Assembly (NCBI GenBank): GCA_963797485.1
Contig: CAWCPF010000003.1
Span: 199,957-263,956 of the forward strand
Length of the DNA: 64,000 nucleotides
From: an uncultured Chloroflexia bacterium
GTDB taxonomy: Bacteria > Chloroflexota > Anaerolineae > Anaerolineales > E44-bin32
Direction of reading: 5' to 3'
Both the position numbers and the translations under genes were made by a program. The notes beneath the pieces were generated by a model. It did not search any database and had not been told where the DNA came from. It saw only the letters and a list, made by a program, of their open reading frames with translations. Shown piece after piece: positions 48,477 through 59,098 of the stretch (its first letter is position 1; each line of letters begins with the position of its first letter).

Positions 48477-49983
48477 TCAGGCCAGGCCGTACAAACGGCC
48501 AAACTTGGCCTGCAGATAGCGTAGATAGGGCTCGGCGGTGAGATCCTGCCCCGTCACGCTTCTCAACAGATCCACGGATCCGAACTTGGCCCCGTGCCGA
48601 TGGATATGCTGGCGCAGCCAGCTCAGCAGCGGCTCAAACTCACCCCGGCCGATTTGGTCGTCCAGGTCCGGCATTTCGGAAGCAATCTTCTCCCAAATCT
48701 GGCACGCAATCAGGTTGCCCAGGGCGTAGGTGGGGAAGTAGCCGATGTATCCGCTCGACCAATGGATGTCCTGCAGCACGCCGAGGCGATCGTCCGGGGG
48801 CCGTATGCCCAGATAGGCCTCGTAAGCGTCGTTCCAGGCAAGGGGGAGATCGTCGATGGCCAGATCACCGGAGAGCAAGGCACGCTCGAGCTCGAAACGG
48901 ACCATGATGTGCAGGTTATAGGTGGCCTCGTCGGCCTCGACCCGAATCAGGGAGGGCTGGACCTTGTTGATGGCGCGGTAGAAAGCGTCGGCCTCCTCAT
49001 CCTGCAAGCTGCCGGGGAACGTCTGCCGCAGATCAGGGTAGAACCGGGTCCAAAAGGGCCGGCTCCGGCCCACCAGGTTTTCCCACAGGCGGGATTGGGA
49101 CTCGTGCATGCCAAGCGAGGCGCCGTCAGCCAGCGGTGTGCGGGCCAGGCTGGCTGGAAAGCCCTGTTCGTACATGCCATGCCCGGCTTCGTGCAGGGTG
49201 GCGAAGAGGCCGGGCGGCAGAAAATCCTCCTGGAAGCGAGTGGTGATGCGCACGTCTCCCGAGCCGAAGGAGGTCGTGAAAGGATGGCTCGAACTCATCC
49301 TGCCGCCCGCGCTCGAAATCGTATCCAAAGGCGCGGATCACCTTCTCGCCAAAGGCCCTTTGGCCCTCGACCGGGAAGTGACGGTGCATGACCGAATCGT
49401 CGATGATGGGCTGTTGGGCGATGGCCTTGACCAGGGCGGTTTGGGACGTTCGCAGCTCGGAGAAGACGGCCGCCACCTGCGAGGATTTCATGCCGCGCTC
49501 GTAGTCATCCAGCTGCGGGTCGTAGATGTGTTCGTAGGGTTCGAAAAAGCCGGCGTATTCGCGCCGGAGCTCAATCACCCGGGCGAGATCGGGTTTGAAA
49601 GCCGCGAAATCCGAGGCCTGCTTGGCGCCCATCCAGGCTTGCTGAGCCAGGGTGGTGACGCGCGCGAGTTCGGCCACGAAATCCGCCGGGATGCGCGACT
49701 GCTTCTCCAGATCGTAGCCGACGCGCCACACCAGGCGGGCGCTGTCCGAGTCGGGGTCCATGTCGGCGGCGGCCGAGCGGGCGGCCTCCAACGCGTCGGC
49801 CAGCTCCGGGCTCGTGTTTTTCTCGTGGGCCAGGCGCCTCAACGTGGCCACCTGGCTCGATCGCGCTTCAGCCCCGCCGCTTGGCATGTACGTCTGCTGG
49901 TCCCACTCCAGCAGCGCCGCCGCCTGGGAGAGGTCCACCACCTCGCCAATCAGGTCCTTGAGGGTGTCGATGGAATCAGGCAT
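48477..49983 (-). pseudogene. carboxypeptidase M32 (Taq-type), +1 frameshift
   Basis: The N-terminal frame ends ..[12 protein letters not shown]. The C-terminal frame continues [10 protein letters not shown]...[14 protein letters not shown] (HEXXH). The shift is at the doubled base 49292-49293. Confidence 0.85.
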
Positions 49984-50003
49984 GAAAGGGCCTCCGGGTG
50001 GAT

Positions 50004-50927
50004 TCAGGCGACGCGCCAGCGCAGCGATTTGGCCTGCAGGGCGGCCAGGACCTCGTCGGCGATGTCGATGGCGGCCCGGGCCTGGGCCTCGACCGTCTGC
50101 GCGCCCAGATGCGGCGTGGCAATCAGGTGGGGATGCTCGAGCAGCGGAGACGTGCCGGGCGGCTCGTGTTCAAAGACATCCAGCGCCGCTGCGGCGACCT
50201 GCCCGCTTTCCAGGGCCTGGAGCAGCGCGGCCTCGTCGACCACCCCGCCCCGGGCGGCGCACACCAGGCGCACGCCAGGCTGCATGCGCGCCATGGCGTC
50301 GACGCCAATCAAGCCGCGCGTGTCGTCGGTCAGGGGCACATGCAGGCTGATGTAGTCCGACGCCTCCAGCAGGGCTGCCTGGGTCACCGGGCGGGCGCCG
50401 CGGCGCTGGATCTCGTCGGCCGGGATGAGCGGATCATAGCCAATGACCGTCATGTCCATGGCCAGCGCCCGCTGGGCCACGGCGGCACCGATGCGCCCCA
50501 TGCCGAACACGCCCAGCGTTTTGCCAGCCAGCTCCGAGCCTTTGAAGGCTTTCTTATCCCAGCGGCCGGCGTGCATGCCGGCGTTGGCCTGTGGGATCTC
50601 GCGAGCCATGGCGAGCATCAAACCCAGGGTCAGCTCGGCGACAGCATTGGTCGCCGCCAGCGGCGCGTTGACCACTACCACGCCCAGGTCGCGCGCCGCG
50701 TCGAGATCGATGTTATCGACACCCACACCGGCCCGGCCGACGACTTTCAACCTCGGCGCGCCGCCCTGAAGGACCGCTCGGGTGACCTGCGTGGCGCTGC
50801 GGACGATCAATGCGTCGGCCTCACCCAGCGCGGAGAGCTCGGGGTCGTCCACGACCTCGGCTTCGGCGGCCAGGCGCTCCCGGCCGACGGCTTCCAATCC
50901 ATCGCTGATGACAATGCGCCAGTTCAT
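50004..50927 (-). CDS. D-isomer-specific 2-hydroxyacid dehydrogenase (phosphoglycerate dehydrogenase-like)
   Basis: ATG 50927 ([11 protein letters not shown]..). NAD motif [13 protein letters not shown], and a catalytic region with ..PHLGAQT. Confidence 0.8.
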   Translation of the reverse strand: MNWRIVISDGLEAVGRERLAAEAEVVDDPELSALGEADALIVRSATQVTRAVLQGGAPRLKVVGRAGVGVDNIDLDAARDLGVVVVNAPLAATNAVAELTLGLMLAMAREIPQANAGMHAGRWDKKAFKGSELAGKTLGVFGMGRIGAAVAQRALAMDMTVIGYDPLIPADEIQRRGARPVTQAALLEASDYISLHVPLTDDTRGLIGVDAMARMQPGVRLVCAARGGVVDEAALLQALESGQVAAAALDVFEHEPPGTSPLLEHPHLIATPHLGAQTVEAQARAAIDIADEVLAALQAKSLRWRVA

Positions 50928-50961
50928 AGGCGTGACAGGACTCCGTGGCTCGATCGAGGCT

Positions 50962-51513
50962 TCATTGTACCTTGAGGCCCGGACGAGCTGCGCCCACAAG
51001 GCGCCGCGGAGAGCTTGTGATGAAATTCACAAATCGGATTTGGACCCCGAGGGGGCTGTGCAGGGGACGAGCATAGGCGCGTTCGAGCTCGGTCACGGCG
51101 GCCAGACAGGCCTCGTCTTCTGGATTGGGCGAGTAGGTCGTGCTGAACCAGGCGTCGAGGATGTCCCGGGCGACCGGCTCCGAGGTGGTCCGAAGCGAAA
51201 GGCACAGGAGGTTGGGGTTGTTCCAGCGCCGGGCCAGGCTGGCCGTCGTCGCGTCGGCGCACAAGGCGGCCCGGATGCCCGGGACCTTGTTGGCCGCCAG
51301 GCTCACGCCGGTGCCGGTCCAGCAGAACAAGACCCCTTCATCGGCCTCGCCTCGCACCACAGCTTCGGCCACGTTGCGCGCCACCTGGGGCCACGTGCCG
51401 GGCGCGCCGGCCAATGGCCCATACACGCTCACGCGATGACCGCGCCGCTCCAGGTCTTCGATGACCGCCTGGGTGAGATGGGTCTTCTCATCCGAGCCAA
51501 CCGCCAGGTTCAT
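50962..51513 (-). CDS. rpiB: ribose-5-phosphate isomerase B / LacAB-family sugar-phosphate isomerase
   Basis: MNLAVGSDE..., GVLFCWTGTGVSLAANKVPGIRAA. The ~30-aa C-terminal tail beyond the usual family length includes palindrome site 6 and may not be genuine coding sequence. Confidence 0.75.
   Translation of the reverse strand: MNLAVGSDEKTHLTQAVIEDLERRGHRVSVYGPLAGAPGTWPQVARNVAEAVVRGEADEGVLFCWTGTGVSLAANKVPGIRAALCADATTASLARRWNNPNLLCLSLRTTSEPVARDILDAWFSTTYSPNPEDEACLAAVTELERAYARPLHSPLGVQIRFVNFITSSPRRLVGAARPGLKVQ
51016..51031. promoter_or_regulatory. CRP/FNR-type palindrome TGTGA-N6-TCACA (site 6 of 8)
   Basis: CTTGTGATGAAATTCACAAA, ~90-105 nt upstream of the dehydrogenase start (50927, minus strand), within the rpiB 3' tail. 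Confidence 0.5.
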
Positions 51514-51557
51514 GCCAGACCTCCTATTCCGCGTCCGAAGGGTTTGAGTGCCTCGCC

Positions 51558-53540
51558 TCAGCGCGCCTGATCGAGGACGACGACCAAAGGCCGATGGTCG
51601 GAGGCTGCCGTGACCGGCACCTCGGCCGAGACGGCCTGGAGGTCGGGGCTGTGCCAGATCCAGTCGATGCGCTCATAGGGGTCGGTCGATGAGAAGGTCC
51701 AGCCGTCTCCCGTGCCGGCCTCGGCCCATGAATCCACCAGGCCGGCGTCATCGAACAGCGCCATCTCCGGATCGCCGGGTTGGGCGTTCATGTCGCCCAG
51801 AATGAGGCTGTTGGACTGGCCGGCCCAGGTGTCCACCAGAACCGGCACCTGGAGCAGGCGAATGTCGTGATCGGCCTCGAGTTGGTGCAGGTGGGTGCTG
51901 ATCACCAGCCAGGGCTCCGGGCCGCCCGTGTCGATCCGGGCCCACACAAAGCCGCGTGGAATCAGGGCGTGGCTCAAAGGCAGGCTGCCCGAGCCGGTCT
52001 GAAGCATCGGGTCGCGGCTCAGGATGGCGTTGCCCCAGACGGGGTCGGCGGTGCCCTTGAAGACGATCGGCATCCCCAGCCGCCGGGAGAACCAGAAGAC
52101 CAGGTCGGTGGAGCCGTCAATCAGCCAACCGCGCGAGATTTCATTCAGGGCCACGATGTCCGCACCGCTGGCCTGGATGGCCTGTGCCACCGCCTCGGGG
52201 TCCTGGAGCCCATTGGCGGCAAAGGCGGAGTGGATGTTGTACGTCATCACCGTGACCGGTCCGTTGGCCGGGGGGGAGGCCGCTGGAGCCGGGCCGTAGA
52301 TCCCCAGCGCGGCCAGGGGGACGGCGAGCAGCAGCGCGCCGGCGGTGAACGGCGAGAGCTCGCTCCAGGGAGATTCGAGGCGCCCCCGGCTCGAGACAAC
52401 CGCCCAAACCGCTGCCAGGCCGAGCAAGCCGGCCGCCAGGGCCGGGATGAGGCTGCGCGGCACGCCAAGACTGATGTCCAGGGCGGCGTAGTAGACAAAC
52501 GCCAACAGGACAAACAGGATCAGGCCGCCTGTCAGGCTTGCGGCGGTGGGGAGCAGGCCGTTTCGGCTGGGAGCGCGGCTGACCGTGGCGATCAGCGCAC
52601 TCATCCAGCCCAACAGGAACTGACCGATGGCGAGGACGGCCAGGAAGGCTGGGCCCGGCTGATCGGCGGTGGTGATGCCGAAGACGACATAAATCCCGGC
52701 CGCCAAAACCGGCAGCCAGCGGAACACATACGGACGGGAGAATCCCCACAGGGCGCCGAGGATCGCCAAGAGGTTGCCCAAGCCGACGACCAGGAAGGCC
52801 ACCGGCTCAGGCAGGCCCGCCACCTCGGCGGTCCAGCCCAGGTTTTGAAAGATCAGCAGCTCGATCAGCAGCAGGGGGCCGAGGCCGATCAGCGAGAGGG
52901 CCGAGCGCCAGTCAGTCTCGCAGGGTGGCCGTTCAACCGAGGCGGGTTCGCGGCTCAAACTCCACAAGGCCACGGCTGCCAGCCCGGCCGTGACCAGCGT
53001 GGCCCAGGCGCTGGTGGACCAACTTAGATCCAGGCTGGCATTGGCGCCTTTGATGGCTGTGTCCAGAGCCAGCCCGAGCCATAGTCCAAACGTCCAGCGC
53101 GGGCCGACATCCGGACTTGAGTAGGAGCGCAGCTGCCCCAGCCAAAGCGGCAGGAACAGGGCCAACATGGCCGTGCCAGCCAGGCTCAGCCACAAATCGA
53201 CCGCCGGGCTCCGGCTCAACTGCTCTACCAGCCTGAGCAGGATGACACCGCCGGCGCTCAGCCAAAGCGCCCGCCGGCCGCCGAGGCCTCTCCAGACCAG
53301 CGGAGACAGGAACCCCACCCCAAGGGTGGCCAGGGCCAGTACAGCCAGGGTCGTGGAAGGCAACCCGACCGTGTCTTTCAAGTACCAGGCCAGGCTGGGA
53401 AAGAAAACCCGAAGTGTCTGCAGACCGAGGGTGACCACCAGGGCCGGCAATACATAGCCGGCCAGGAGCTGCCGATCCGCCAGCTTGCGCCACGGGTTGC
53501 CCATGCGAAGATCCTCCAAGCGGTCCGCAGAGCGTATCAA
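51558..53540 (-). CDS. polytopic membrane protein fused to an endonuclease/exonuclease/phosphatase (EEP) domain
   Basis: 660 aa. About 400 aa of TM segments, then an EEP-like domain (VMTYNIH..., LNEISR.., ..HLHQLE.., ..LGDMN.., ..SDHRP). Confidence 0.7.
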   Translation of the reverse strand: MIRSADRLEDLRMGNPWRKLADRQLLAGYVLPALVVTLGLQTLRVFFPSLAWYLKDTVGLPSTTLAVLALATLGVGFLSPLVWRGLGGRRALWLSAGGVILLRLVEQLSRSPAVDLWLSLAGTAMLALFLPLWLGQLRSYSSPDVGPRWTFGLWLGLALDTAIKGANASLDLSWSTSAWATLVTAGLAAVALWSLSREPASVERPPCETDWRSALSLIGLGPLLLIELLIFQNLGWTAEVAGLPEPVAFLVVGLGNLLAILGALWGFSRPYVFRWLPVLAAGIYVVFGITTADQPGPAFLAVLAIGQFLLGWMSALIATVSRAPSRNGLLPTAASLTGGLILFVLLAFVYYAALDISLGVPRSLIPALAAGLLGLAAVWAVVSSRGRLESPWSELSPFTAGALLLAVPLAALGIYGPAPAASPPANGPVTVMTYNIHSAFAANGLQDPEAVAQAIQASGADIVALNEISRGWLIDGSTDLVFWFSRRLGMPIVFKGTADPVWGNAILSRDPMLQTGSGSLPLSHALIPRGFVWARIDTGGPEPWLVISTHLHQLEADHDIRLLQVPVLVDTWAGQSNSLILGDMNAQPGDPEMALFDDAGLVDSWAEAGTGDGWTFSSTDPYERIDWIWHSPDLQAVSAEVPVTAASDHRPLVVVLDQAR

Positions 53541-53630
53541 CCCTGGCTGAAAAGGTCAACCGACGATCGGCGGCGGACAGCTGAGACAGTCGATTGTGGG
53601 ATAATGGACGCCTCAACCCGGGAGGTCCCA

Positions 53631-54916
53631 TTGGAGTTCAACCGGATCTGCGTCCTTGGGCTGGGCTACATTGGCCTGCCGACGGCCAGCACGTTTGCGA
53701 ACCAAGGCGTCAAAGTCTTGGGGGTGGATGTCCAACCGGACATCGTGCGCCGGCTCCGGCAGGGCCAGCCGCACATTCAGGAGCCGGGCTTGCGCGCCCT
53801 GGTGCAGGCGGCGCTGGCTTCGGGGAATCTGGACCTCGGCGAGCGCCCGGCCGGGGCGGATGCCTTCATCATCGCGGTTCCCACCCCGTTCTTAGAGGAC
53901 AAAACCGCTGATCTGAGCTATGTCCGGGCGGCCGCCGAATCGATTGCCCCCGAGCTTCGGGCCGGTAATCTGGTCGTACTTGAATCAACCTGTCCCCCGC
54001 GAACGACCGCCGATGTCGTGGGGCCGCTGCTGGCCAAGTCCGGGTTGACGCCCGGGAAGGACTTCTACCTGGCTTACACGCCGGAACGGGTGCTGCCCGG
54101 CCAGATCCTGCGCGAGCTGGTCGAGAACCCGCGGATCATCGGCGGGATCGACCCGGCGTCGGCGGAGGCCGGGCGCGATTTGTATCGCCTGTTCGTCCAG
54201 GGCGATATCCTGCTCACGGATGCCACCACCGCCGAGCTGGTCAAACTCATGGAAAACACCTACCGCGACGTCAACATCGCCGCCGCCAACGAGTTCTCTC
54301 GCCTGGCGGAGCGGTTGGGGGTGGACGTGTGGCAGGCTATCGATCTCGCCAGCCGCCATCCCCGGGTCAAGATCCTGCGCCCCGGACCCGGTGTGGGCGG
54401 ACATTGCATCAGCATCGACCCCTGGTTTTTGGTGGAGGCCGCCCCGGATCTCACGCCCCTGATTTCAGGCCGCCCGGCGGGTCAACGACGACCAGCCGGG
54501 CCACGTCACCGAGATCATCCGCCAGGCCCTCGGCGGCCGGCTGGAAGGCGCAAAGATTGCCGCGCTTGGCCTGGCTTACAAGGCTGACGTCGACGACCTG
54601 CGCCAGAGCCCGGCTGTGGAGGTGGTTCGCCAACTGGCGGCCGCCGGCGCACAGGTTCGGACTTACGAACCTATGGCGCCGCAGGCTGTCATTGAAGGGG
54701 CACAGGCGGCAGAATCGCTGGAGGCGGTTTTGGATGGGGCTGAGGCTGTTGTGCTGCTCGTGGATCACCATGCCTGCGTAGCGCTGGACCCCGGTCTGGC
54801 GGCGGGTCGTATGGCCGGGCGCATCGCCGTCGACACGCGGCGGGGTCTGGGATCGGGACGGCTGGACGCAAGCCGGATTCGACCTGTTCATCCTGGGTGT
54901 CGGTCGGCATGCCTGA
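53631..54916 (+). pseudogene. wecC: UDP-N-acetyl-D-mannosamine dehydrogenase (WecC-type), two +1 frameshifts
   Basis: ICVLGLGYIGLPTA, then the catalytic region ..GPGVGGHCISIDPWF. The frame changes at TTT 54463-54465 (..LIQAARRVNDDQP..) and near 54839-54845 (..DTRGVWDRDGWTQAGFDLFILGVGRHA-stop 54916). Start proposed at TTG 53631 after GGGAGG; the track start is 53604. Confidence 0.8.
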
Positions 54917-56052
54917 CGCTCGCCTCAAGGTCATGACGATCTTTGGGACACGGCCGGAAGCCGTGAAAATGGCTCCGGTGATCCAGGTGCTCCAGTCGCA
55001 TCCGCGCATTCTCAGCCGCGTCTGCGTGACGGCCCAACATCGGCAAATGCTGGATCAGGTCTTAGATCTGTTCGACCTGCATCCGGATTTCGATCTGGAT
55101 CTGATGCGCCCGGACCAGAGCCTGGCGGAGCTGACGGCGGGTGTGTTCACCGGGTTGGAGCCGGTCCTCGAGGACGAGGCCCCCGACTGGATCATGGTCC
55201 AGGGGGACACGACCACCGTGATGGCGGCCGCGCTCCTGGCCTTCTATCATCACATCCGCGTCGGGCATGTCGAGGCCGGCCTGCGCACGGGCGACAAATG
55301 GCATCCCTTTCCCGAGGAGATCAACCGGCGCGTGGCCGGGGCGGTGGCCGATCTGCATTTTGCCCCGACCGAACAAGCCCGCCAGAATCTGCTTCGCGAG
55401 GGGGTCGTCGAAGGGCGCATCATCGTCACCGGCAACCCGGTCATCGACGCGCTCCAGCAGATCGCCGCCCGCCCATACGATTTCAGCCAGGGGCCGTTGG
55501 CGAGCGTCGATTTCGACCGGCGGGTCGTGCTGGTCACCGCCCATCGGCGAGAGAGCCTGGGCCGGCCGATGGAGCTCATTTTCACCATGCTGCGCGAGCT
55601 GGCCGAGGACTACGCCGATGACATCTACCTGGTGTACCCCGTGCATCTCAACCCACGCGTGCAGGAGCCGGCGCACCGTATTCTGGGCGGATTGCCCAAT
55701 CTGAAACTGGTGAAGCCACTCGACTACCTGCCGATGGTCCATCTCATGCAGCCGCGCCGCCCTGATCCTGACCGACTCGGGCGGTATCCAGGAGGAGGCG
55801 ACCGCTCTGGGCGTACCCGTTCTGGTCATGCGCGACACGACCGAACGGCCGGAGGCCATCGCCGCCGGCAACGCGCGGCTGGCGGGCACCGATCCACACG
55901 CCATCCTGGCCGAAGCTCACCGGGTTCTGGACGACCCGCAGGTCCAGGCAGACATGTCGCGGCGCTCCGACCTGTTCGGCGACGGCCACGCCTCGGAGCG
56001 GATCGTCGAGGGCCTGCTGTCGGCCGCTGATCCAGCCCCTGGCGCGGCATGA
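54909..56052 (+). pseudogene. wecB: UDP-N-acetylglucosamine 2-epimerase (non-hydrolysing), +1 frameshift
   Basis: VMTIFGTRPEAVKMAP, HVEAGLRT. After the doubled C at 55752-55753 the protein continues in the next frame ([34 protein letters not shown]...). 8-nt overlap with wecC. Confidence 0.85.
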
Positions 56053-56080
56053 GGCCGGCCCCCAGGCCTGACGAGGACCG

Positions 56081-57113
56081 GTGACGAACTCGGCTTTGCG
56101 GCGCCTGTGCCTCATCCCGGATGTCCCGGGATATGCCGGCCCGGCGGCCTTCCAAAGACGCCTGGTTCAGGGTCTCCACCAGCGCGGGGTGGAGGTCGTG
56201 TTCGACCCCGGCGAGCATGACCTGGGAGCTGTCCTGGTCAACGGCGGGACGCGCCGGCTGGGCGCGCTCCGCCGACTGCGCGCGCGCGGCGTGCCGATCC
56301 TTCAGCGTTTGAATGGCATGAATTGGATTCACCGCCGCCGCCGAACCGGGTGGCGCCACGCCTTGCGCGCCGAGCTGGCGAACTTCAACCTGCGCCTGAT
56401 CCGGCGCCGGTGGTGTGACGCCGTTGTCTATCAAAGTCAATTCTCCCAGTCGTGGTGGGACCGTCAGGCCGGGGAGCTGTCCAAGCCAACCAGCGTGGTC
56501 TACAACGGCGTTCCGCTGGAGGTCTTCTCGCCCGGGGACGACGACCGGCGCATGAGCGATCGCGTGCGGCTGGCGGTGGTCGAGGGCCGGCTGGGCGGGG
56601 GTTATGAAATTGGACTGGATTGGGCGCTTGACCTGGCGGCGGGCCTGCACGCAGCCATGCGGCGGCCGGTGGACGTCCTGGTGGCCGCTTCGGCCGGGCC
56701 GGAGGTGAAACCACCGCCACCCATCCCGGGAGTGGAGCTGCATTGGCTGGGGCGGGTGCCGCCTGAGACCGTCCCGGAATTGGACCGCTCCGCCCACCTG
56801 CTGTTCGCCGCCGATCTGCACCCCGCCTGTCCTAACAGCGTGCTCGAGGCGCTGGCGTGCGGTCTGCCCGGTGGTCTCGTATGACACCGGCGCGCTGCCT
56901 GAGTTGGTGGTTGGCGATGCCGGGCGATTGGCCAGGTACGGGGCCGACGCGTGGAAGGTCGAGCCGCCGGACGTGCGAGCGCTGGTGGAGGCCGCCCGGG
57001 AGGTGGTGGAGGACCAGTGGCGCTTTCGCGCCGGCGCCCGGCAGCGGGCTGAGGCCGCCTTTGGCTTGGACCACATGATCGACGGCTACATGCACGCCCT
57101 GGGATGGGAGTAG
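56081..57113 (+). pseudogene. GT4-family glycosyltransferase, +1 frameshift
   Basis: ..CPNSVLEALACGLP then a shift at GG 56870-56871 to VVSYDTGALPELV.. (the E-x7-E region of GT-B retaining transferases). Confidence 0.75.
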
Positions 57114-57120
57114 GCGTCGC

Positions 57121-58000
57121 ATGCGGCGCACATGGTTGTCGTTGGCCGCGTGGATGGCCGGGAAACTGCCGGCGGGCGTGCGTCTCAGGCTGTACCACCT
57201 TGGGCCGCTGACCCGGGCTATCCGGGGTTCCCTCAACCGGGCGGCGCCCTCGGAGAGGGTGGAAGTGGCGGTTGCCAGCGGCCCGCTTCAGGGCGTGCGC
57301 CTGAAGCTCGACCTGCAGTCGGAGAAAGACCTTTGGCTGGGCAACTACGAACCCGAACTGTTGTCGACCCTGCGCAAAGTCACACCCGCGGGCAGCACAG
57401 CTTATGACGTGGGAGCCAACATTGGGCTGATCAGCCTTGGCCTGGCAGAGTGGGTTGGGGCCGACGGACGGGTGGTCGCCTTCGAGGCCCTGCCGGAGAA
57501 TGTCGAGCGCCTGCGGGACAATCTGGCTCTCAACCCGATCGGCACCCGCGTGACCGTCGTCTCAGCCGCCGTGGGCCGGGAGGACGGACAGGCGGAGTTC
57601 CTTGCGCATGCTTCGGGCGGTATGGGCAAGTTGGGCGGCTCAGCCGGGCGTGAGGCAGGTTACGCCGGCGAGCCTGCGCGTGCCCGTCGTGCGGCTGGAC
57701 GGTTACGTGTATGACGGGGGCGGACCGCCGCCGGCGGTGATCAAGATTGATGTGGAAGGCGGAGAAGGGATGGTCCTGGAGGGAGCCGAGCGTGTGCTTG
57801 AGGCTTGCAGGCCATTGCTGATGCTGGAACTGCATGGGGCGCAGGCGGCCGACCAGGTGTGGGGCATCCTCCAGCGGCATGGTTATCAGCTGCGGCGGCT
57901 GGCCGCGGGCTTTCCCGTGATCAGACAGGCGGCCGAACTGGGATGGAAGGCGTACGTAATTGCCGGGGAGCCGAGTGTGCTGGGGGTGCGGCTGGCATGA
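57121..58000 (+). pseudogene. FkbM-family methyltransferase, +1 frameshift
   Basis: AYDVGANIGLISLGLA (SAM motif I), then after CC 57673-57674 the next frame gives ..LRVPVVRLDGYV...VIKIDVEGGEGMVLEGA. Confidence 0.75.
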
Positions 58001-59097
58001 GCGCCGACGCGCCGAGGTTCCCCGGCCGATTAGCTATCCAGCAGCGGGTCCTGCCCGCCTACCGGGCGGCGTTTTTCGAGGCGCTGGGTGAGATGTGCGC
58101 CGGCGGGCTGACCGTCTTGGCGGGAGGTCCCCGGCCGGGAGAAGCCATTTCAGCGGCGGATCGACTGCGCGAGGTCGAGCGGATCGAGTTGAGCAATCGA
58201 CACTGGCTTTCGGGCGCCCTGTACCTATGCCAGCAGCCGGGCCTGCTTCCCTGGCTGCGCGATCATCCCCCGGACGCGCTGATCCTGGAGGCCAACCCTC
58301 GCTATCCGAGCAACTGGCGCGCCCGGGCCTGGGCGCGGAATCGGGGCCTGCCCGTGATTGGCTGGGGTTTGGGGACGCCCACCCAGGGCGGGCTTGGGAG
58401 ATGGGCCCGGCGGCGCTTCCTGGCTGGGTTCGACGCGCTGATTGCCTACAGCACGCACGGCGCCGAGGCCTACCGCCAGATGGGTATGGCGCCCGAGCGA
58501 GTCTTCGTGGCCGTCAACGCTGTCAGCCCGGCGCCGGCGCGTCTGCCGGCCCGACCCCCGAAAGTCAGCGGGCCGCTGCGGGTCCTATACGTGGGCCGCT
58601 TGCAGCCCCGCAAGCGGCTGGATGTGCTCATCCGGGCCTGCGCCTCGCTCCTGCCGCCGGCGGAGCTGGTCATTGCCGGGGACGGCCCTGCGCGCAAGCA
58701 GCTCGAAGCGCAGGCGGCGCAGGCCTCGGCGTGGGTCAGCTTCCGGGGCCACCTCAGCGGCCAGGCCCTCGAAGACTTATACGGCTGGGCGGAGGTGTTT
58801 GCGCTTCCCGGCACCGGCGGCCTGGCTGTGCAGCAGGCGATGGCTCATGGTCTGCCGGTGATCGTCGGCGAAGGCGACGGCACGGCCCCGGACCTGGTGC
58901 GGCCGGGCAACGGCTGGCGGGTCGAGCCGGGCGACGAGGCGGGTTTGGCGGCAATTCTCAACCAGGCGCAGGCCGACCGGCCGCGCCTGGCCGCCATGGG
59001 CGACGCCTCGGCGCGAATCGTGACCGAAGAGATCAATATCCAGACCATGGCGGCCACATTTGTGAAGGCCGTCACAAGCTTGGCCGGGAGGGCCTGA
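57997..59097 (+). CDS. GT4-family glycosyltransferase
   Basis: ATG 57997 (ATGA overlap with the upstream stop). C-terminal ..FALPGTGGLAVQQAMAHGLPVIVGEGDGTAPDLV.. The track ORF start 57805 overlaps the previous gene. Confidence 0.8.
   Translation: MSADAPRFPGRLAIQQRVLPAYRAAFFEALGEMCAGGLTVLAGGPRPGEAISAADRLREVERIELSNRHWLSGALYLCQQPGLLPWLRDHPPDALILEANPRYPSNWRARAWARNRGLPVIGWGLGTPTQGGLGRWARRRFLAGFDALIAYSTHGAEAYRQMGMAPERVFVAVNAVSPAPARLPARPPKVSGPLRVLYVGRLQPRKRLDVLIRACASLLPPAELVIAGDGPARKQLEAQAAQASAWVSFRGHLSGQALEDLYGWAEVFALPGTGGLAVQQAMAHGLPVIVGEGDGTAPDLVRPGNGWRVEPGDEAGLAAILNQAQADRPRLAAMGDASARIVTEEINIQTMAATFVKAVTSLAGRA
59061..59076. promoter_or_regulatory. CRP/FNR-type palindrome TGTGA-N6-TCACA (site 7 of 8, intragenic)
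   Basis: TTTGTGAAGGCCGTCACAAG in the last 12 codons of the 57997 gene (read F-V-K-A-V-T), 23 nt upstream of the next GT start. Confidence 0.4.
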
Positions 59098-59098
59098 G

